A DNA stretch of 64,000 bases, from NCBI RefSeq assembly GCF_009914755.1, contig NC_060935.1; one strand, given 5' to 3'. Both the position numbers and the translations under genes were made by a program. Source of the stretch: the human T2T-CHM13v2.0 reference genome, Homo sapiens. Shown piece after piece: positions 58,291-64,000 of the stretch (position 1 is the first letter of the stretch; each line of letters opens with the position of its first letter). Below the pieces are notes generated by a model. That model was given only the letters and a program-made list of their open reading frames with translations. It was not told the origin of the DNA and did no database searches.

Positions 58291-59704
58291 CTCTTTTGCA
58301 TTTTGGAGTCAGGCTAGTACAAAAATGTGGAAGACAACTGCGTGGTAAAGGGAGGGAAAGGAAACATTATCCCTGGCCATATTAATTGTATGTATGTTAT
58401 CTGGGGAGTTATTACAAGCTCCTGGAAATGTGGAAAAACAGCTCTATGAAAAAGATACTGAATAAAACCAGAGGTTCAAGTGCCCTTAAAAGGGGAAGTT
58501 GAATGTCTCTCACCCAAGTAACCCTCATCATAGATACACTCAGAGTGAAAACTCAGAAATGGGGCTAGACAGGATGAACAAAGTTCATCCAAGATTCTGT
58601 CCCCCTGCCCTGGCATGGCCTGAGAGCACCAGGCCTGGCATATTCTCTGAGTCTCTTCTAGTCTTAGAGTTCTGGGTGTTGGGGCCTGTTCTGTACAGTG
58701 AATAGGCATGTGGGGAACCTTTAAGGGACTCTGCCATCTTCAACCAGGCATCTCTACTTTTTAATTTTATGTATTAGAACTCCAAGAAAAATTGTGTTTG
58801 GATAAAACTTGCTATAAAACAAAGTTTGAAAACAATTAATATGATCCGTCCAGTCACTGAACAAACTCCTCTTTGTCGACATCTCCGCTTAGGTACTTAC
58901 ATGTCTATATATACACACCCCTTCTTTACTGATGCAGAAAAGACAGGTGGCTGTTCATATCCACTTATTGCTGTTTTGTGGGCAGAAGATGCCATGTTAA
59001 CTTCAACTTTTCCAGAGCCTTAGTGACCTTGAGTCTTAGGAAGTTTCTTATACTTACCTATATACTTCTGGTGACCTAAACTGCTGCGTTACATTAGAGG
59101 GCAGATTTATAGGACGGTCACCTAGAACCATCCATCCAACCCCCTTCATTTTTGCAGGGAGCTAAGTCCTTGACTTATGGGCTGTTTCTGGAAGGGAAGG
59201 CACCTGTGTTCTTTAACTCTTTCTCCCCCAGGGCTACCCTGTTGCTGGGTCTGTGTCTGTCAGATGTTCTTCTCTGAACGCTTTCCAAAACCTCCCTTAC
59301 TCTCTGAAGTTTGCAGCCAGCAATTAGACCTGGGTTCTCGGGAGGCGTCTTACTGCTGCTGGGTTGCAGAATTACCTTGTGTGCCAATGAGCATCCTGTC
59401 TTGGCATTGAAAGGGGGAGTAAGTAGGCACCAGTGCTGACCTGCAAGGTTCTCTCTTCTTCCCCTCCTTCAGGTCAAGAGGGCCTCTGCTTGTCTTGGTT
59501 GTAGAAGGCTTAAGATAAGGGACATCAACAAAGAAGCTGGAGTAACCTTTTGCCCTTTGGGGTAAATTATCCAGGTGCTGGAGTTCACCTTGGTTCTAGG
59601 AACCAGGGTGACTCAGATTGTGAGAGGGTCCTTTTAGACTTCCCCCTCCTCCTCCCTGCAGTGAAACAGCATAGCCTATATTTGAAAGAGGATGGTGACT
59701 GCTT

Positions 59705-60180
59705 CAATCAAATGTTTATTTGATTATCTACTATGAGCCAGTACTTTGCTAGGTGCTGGGGAGTCAGGAATCAGAAAAACCATCACAGCATTACAGGCCC
59801 TCATGGAGCTCACACATGAATCAAATCATCACCAAGTATAAAACTGTACCTAGGACAAGTACTAAGAATACAATCTGCAGCGGGGTGGTTTGACCAATGG
59901 GGAGAGACTTTCCCCTAGAAGTGATGTTCAAGCTGCAACTAGAAAGATAAACAGAAGTAGGTTAGGTAAAGAAGGGAGAGAAAGAGAAGTCAAGGCAGAA
60001 GGGCTAGCATATGCAAAGGCCCTGTGGCATGACAGAGAATGGTGACTGAAAGAGGGATGATTAGAGCCCAAAGGCTGACAGGAATACAAAAGAGAGGATC
60101 AAGACCCAGGAGGAGGAGGCAGATTCTCCTGGGCTGTGTAGATCATATTACTGATGTTTTCTTTATCCTAGGAGCAAAGG
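59705..60180. mobile_element. L2 3' fragment
   Basis: tcaaatgtttatttgattatctactatgagccagtactttgctaggtgctgggg...gcatatgcaaaggccctgtggca. Similar L2 remnants at ~14420-14920, 24480-25080, 28215-28560 and 53760-54150. Confidence 0.75.
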
Positions 60181-61832
60181 AAAATGTTCATGCTAACTAT
60201 TAAGTCCTGTTCTACACTGGCCCATATTTGGGTTAAATGGTAACCTCCTTCCACTCACCAGCCCCAGTATCTGCAAAAATCTATACACTTGGCACTTTCC
60301 ATCCATTCACGCAAAGATTTTAAAAGATTGATTTATTGAAGTGGCTGCACCATGCTAAGCACTATGATGAGCAAGACAGATGGGGCTCCATTCCCAATCC
60401 CGTTCCAGTGACGAGACAGAGAAGAAGTGAATAAGCTGTTCCGATAAAGTGTGATCAGTGGTTTGCACAGGCAAGTTGAGGGTGCCCTGGATTTGCATTT
60501 TCCCCCTGTGAATTTCACCCTGACCTTTCAAAATCTGCACATCTTTGGACCTCCTGGCTACTAGTCATGCCCTTGTTCTATTCTCTCTCCCCAGCCACTG
60601 CTTTTATTGCCCATTAAATTAATAGACGGGAGGCGCCAAATGAATCTTTCAAGATTTATTCAGTGGAACTGGCAGTGTCTTGCCAAACGCGTCTCTCAGT
60701 GTCTAATCTTGGCTGACCCAGTTTCTCTGCCTGGGATGAGCAGAGGCAGTGACCAATATCAGCTCTGATATCTAGGTCATTAAACAGCAAATGCTGTGCA
60801 GGCTCCTCTTTGCCAGGGCCCGTCTTTCCTGGAGGTGCAGAGTTCCTCACACAGCCTTCTGATGGCACTGGGTGACCTGTGTGCTCTCCAGCCTGGGGTA
60901 GCAGGGACACTTGGCCATAGCTTAGGCTTCCTGATCCTCAAAGTGAGTAGGGACAGCATCAGGAGGCAGGTGCTGTGTTTTGCAGATGGCCTTTTCAGAG
61001 AATGCTGCCTTCCCAGTTACTGTAAAGTGGGTGGAGGAAACAGTTTCCAAGTTCTGTTTCTGCCTCTCTCCATTGACAGCTGAAACCCAGAATAAAGCCA
61101 ATATCTTAATGAGTAAGAAAACAAAACAGTATATAGCTGTGCACATGATCTTCCTGGATAAGATTGGCCAAGAGCATGGGTTCTGGAATCACAGCTCTGC
61201 CTTCGAGCTGTGTGACTTTGGGGCAGTTAGTTGGCCTCTCTGAGCCTGTAAAGCGGGGGTATTAGAGTCTAGTCATGAGATATCTTATAGGTAAGTAAAC
61301 TAGCATAGTGCTGGATAATGTTGTAACAATTCATGTAATAACAATTACTATGTGATTTTAAGATGTCAGCTCCCTTTTCTGGATTGGAGGATGGAAAGGC
61401 ATATTTGCATATTTTCAGTTGAGTTCTCCCACCCAGTCCTACATTTACTATAGTAAAACCTTGTAGATCAAATGTAAGTAATGCACTCTCTTTCCTCCCC
61501 ACACCTAATGCTGCACCTCCCATTCAGAGTCTTACTAGTGAAGACTAGTAAGTTTAGATTACTTATTAGTAAGACCAGAGAGTTAGGATCAATACGTGCA
61601 CCCTTGTGAGATGGAATATATTTCTGCCCTGAGAATCTCTGTTGGTCTTAGCCTGGAATTAAGATCCTGTAGCACCACACCTCTGCTCTCTGGGCTTTAA
61701 TAGCTCCTGGCTGCAAGTTTTTTAGCATGTGCAGCTTGACATTTTATGTGGAACTGTCTTCTGGCCTCTCCTACAAGTAATGACGAATTCTTTTCTTTCT
61801 TCCTCCCTTCCCATCTTCTCGCCCTCTTGTAG

Positions 61833-61924
61833 GTGAAAATCGCATTGAGGTTCTGGCTGAAGTCTGGGACCACTTCTTCACTGAGACTCTCCCTACCCTG
61901 CAGGCAATATTTTATCCAGTTCAG
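61833..61924 (+). CDS. PRR5L: PRR5L coding exon 5 (92 nt; G-ENRIEVLAEVWDHFFTETLPTLQAIFYPVQ, to aa 148); gene continues beyond the window
   Basis: Long pyrimidine tract plus tgtag|G acceptor and CAG|gttagt donor, phase 1/0. The five exons total 444 nt = 148 codons with no stop. Confidence 0.96.
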
Positions 61925-63089
61925 GTTAGTCTCATTGGGGAACACTTCCTGCCATCCTCAGCGATCTGTCTTCTCTCCTGGCCCTTGCGGCCTGAGGGCT
62001 CCTGGTAAATGGGAGAAAACTTGGAGATTGGGCGCTTGTATTGGTTAAGGAGTTTAGAGATTGTTTAAGGGCTCTCTGGTTCTATATTTAGGGCCTAACT
62101 TCAAGTGAAGAAGAGTGCCTGCATAACTAGCAATTTGTAGGCTCTTGTTACCCTCTTGGTTTTGAGTATGTCTTTATATTCTTGGAGTGGTTTGTTTTTC
62201 TTAGTTTTCAGAAGTACAGAAGATGGGGGAAGGGAGATTTCTTGTTTCTTTTCTTTCTTTCTCCCCTGCCTCTATTTTTCTTCTCTCCCCCCACTTTTTT
62301 TTGTGAAGCATAATTTTAAAGCAAGTTTGCCGTCACATTCAAATTATGAAAAAGGAGTAACATTCCGTGTTCCTCTGTAAGGGATCCTACGTGATTTAGT
62401 AGGAAGAATGCTCGACTAGGAATCTGTAGACTTAGATTCAAGAGTGTGGGCTTGGGCAGAGTCATTTATCTTCTGTGAGCATAGCTCCATTGTATCTCCT
62501 ACAAAATAAGGAATTTAGAATAAAATGTGAATGACACCTCTAGTATTCTTATTCTGTGGCCTCTACTCCTACCATTTGTGTTGATACCCTTGCCCCCTTG
62601 TCTCTGTAGAGCTAATACCACGATGGTCACTGCCAGGTTGAAGCCACCGCTAAGGGAGGTTGACCCATAGATGTTCCTCTCCAAAATACATGTCTCTCTC
62701 ACTTAAGCTGCAGTGTACTCCCTCTTCTCTCCTCCCACTGGGGTTGAGGCTTCGTATGTAATTAGGTATTGTTGAAGTGTGGGCGTCGTATGCAGAGGAA
62801 CACAGCCATTAAGCAATGGGTAGAATGACCTTATACCACATAGATTGTTTGGTCTGAACAGTGTTTTAAAGGAATTTTGGATTGCTGAAAACATTTGTCA
62901 AATATTTAAAACCTGGGAGGTTATGCTTATAGATTCCATTTTCCATGTTAGACCCACCCCATAACATTTCCAGTAAGATAGTACAGATAGAAGCTTCTGT
63001 CCTGTAGCCTGCAGAAACCTTCCCCTTCCTTACAGTAGTCACTCATCAGCCATCAGTAAGTCTTGTCTCAGGAAGATAGGCATGGGGAT

Positions 63090-63520
63090 AAGGTTGCCAG
63101 ATGAAGCAAATAAAAATACAGGATGTTGGCCGGGCACAGCACTTTGGGAGGCTGAGGTGGGTGGATCACTTGAGCCCAGGAGTTTGAGACCAGGCTGGGC
63201 AACATGATGACAACCCATCTCTATTAAAAAAAACTAGCCAGGCATGGTGGCTTGTGTCTGTAGTCTCAGGTACTAGGGAAGCTGAAGTAGGAGGATCACT
63301 TGAGCCCAGACGATTGAAGCTGTAGTGAGCTGAGATTGCACCACTGCACTACAACCTGGGTGACAGAGCAAAACCCTGTCTCGAAATAAATAAATACTAC
63401 GGGATGTTGAGTTATATTTGAATTGCATATATAAGCAAATAATGCAATATTTGGGACATATTTATACTGAAAAACTCTTCAAATTTAACTGGGCATCCCG
63501 TGTTTTATCTGGTAGCCCTA
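63090..63520. mobile_element. MER53 (palindromic hAT MITE) split by an AluJ
   Basis: Inverted termini aggttgccaga...tctggtagcccta and internal tgcaatatttgggacatat...ttcaaatttaactgggcatcc. Confidence 0.85.
63128..63393 (+). mobile_element. AluJ with a short left-arm deletion
   Basis: ggccgggcacag|cactttgggagg junction; TSD core ggatgttg. Confidence 0.92.
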
Positions 63521-64000
63521 CTAGAAGGGGTGTGCAGGAAAGACCTGCATTTGTAGGTGGACAAAGGGGCATGTTGAATCAGTACCTGGCGCCTCCTGCG
63601 TTTAAAGGCAAACTGAACCAGACCCAGGACAGCAACATGGTACCACCATTTCGAGGGGCCCTGGGTCTCTCTTCAGGCCATTTGTGTAGGGAATTCCAGG
63701 GTGCAGGTGTCCAGATGGTTCTAGAATGGAGAGTGCAGGATCTGGGTGGACATAGCCCCAGTATAGTCAAGAGGGCAAAGGTTGGGGAGGGGGGTTTTAA
63801 AAGCTCAGAGCCAGGCAGGAGCCCAGACATGTGGGTCTAAGGATAGCTCTGTTTCAGTTCTCTTGGAAGATGGTAAGATCTGGCAACAATTAATATTGCC
63901 CCTGTTCACCTCCTCACTCCCCAATGACTGACTTGAATTCTGCTTCTCTTCTCGAGTTTGCCATGGCCCCCACCTTGCTGGCTTCCCTTTTCCTGTCAAC

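Overview
Primate, most likely human, genomic DNA covering the 5' part of PRR5L (Protor-2, the RICTOR-binding mTORC2 accessory subunit) on the + strand. A CpG-island promoter region (~440-2350) contains several candidate non-coding first exons. Five coding exons follow: 25570-25733, 27746-27826, 43708-43756, 56309-56366 and 61833-61924. They splice in frame into residues 1-148 (MTRGFAPILPVEFHKMGSFRRPRPRFMSSPVLSDL...TLQAIFYPVQ), and the gene continues past the window end. The 56367-61832 intron has a non-canonical GC donor. The rest is intronic and repeat-rich: about 21 Alus, young and old L1 fragments, MaLR LTRs, hAT DNA transposons, MIR/L2 and microsatellites, often nested and with clear target-site duplications (TSDs). 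Nearly all ORFs in the supplied track are spurious. I found no prokaryotic-type system, CRISPR array or structured RNA gene. The best novel candidate is a uORF whose AUG is created by a splice junction. It is either 8 aa or 68 aa depending on a 76-nt exon, and the long form stops on top of the PRR5L start codon (ttATGA). Gene identity and repeat subfamilies come from recalled sequences, not searches, and repeat boundaries are approximate unless a TSD is given.
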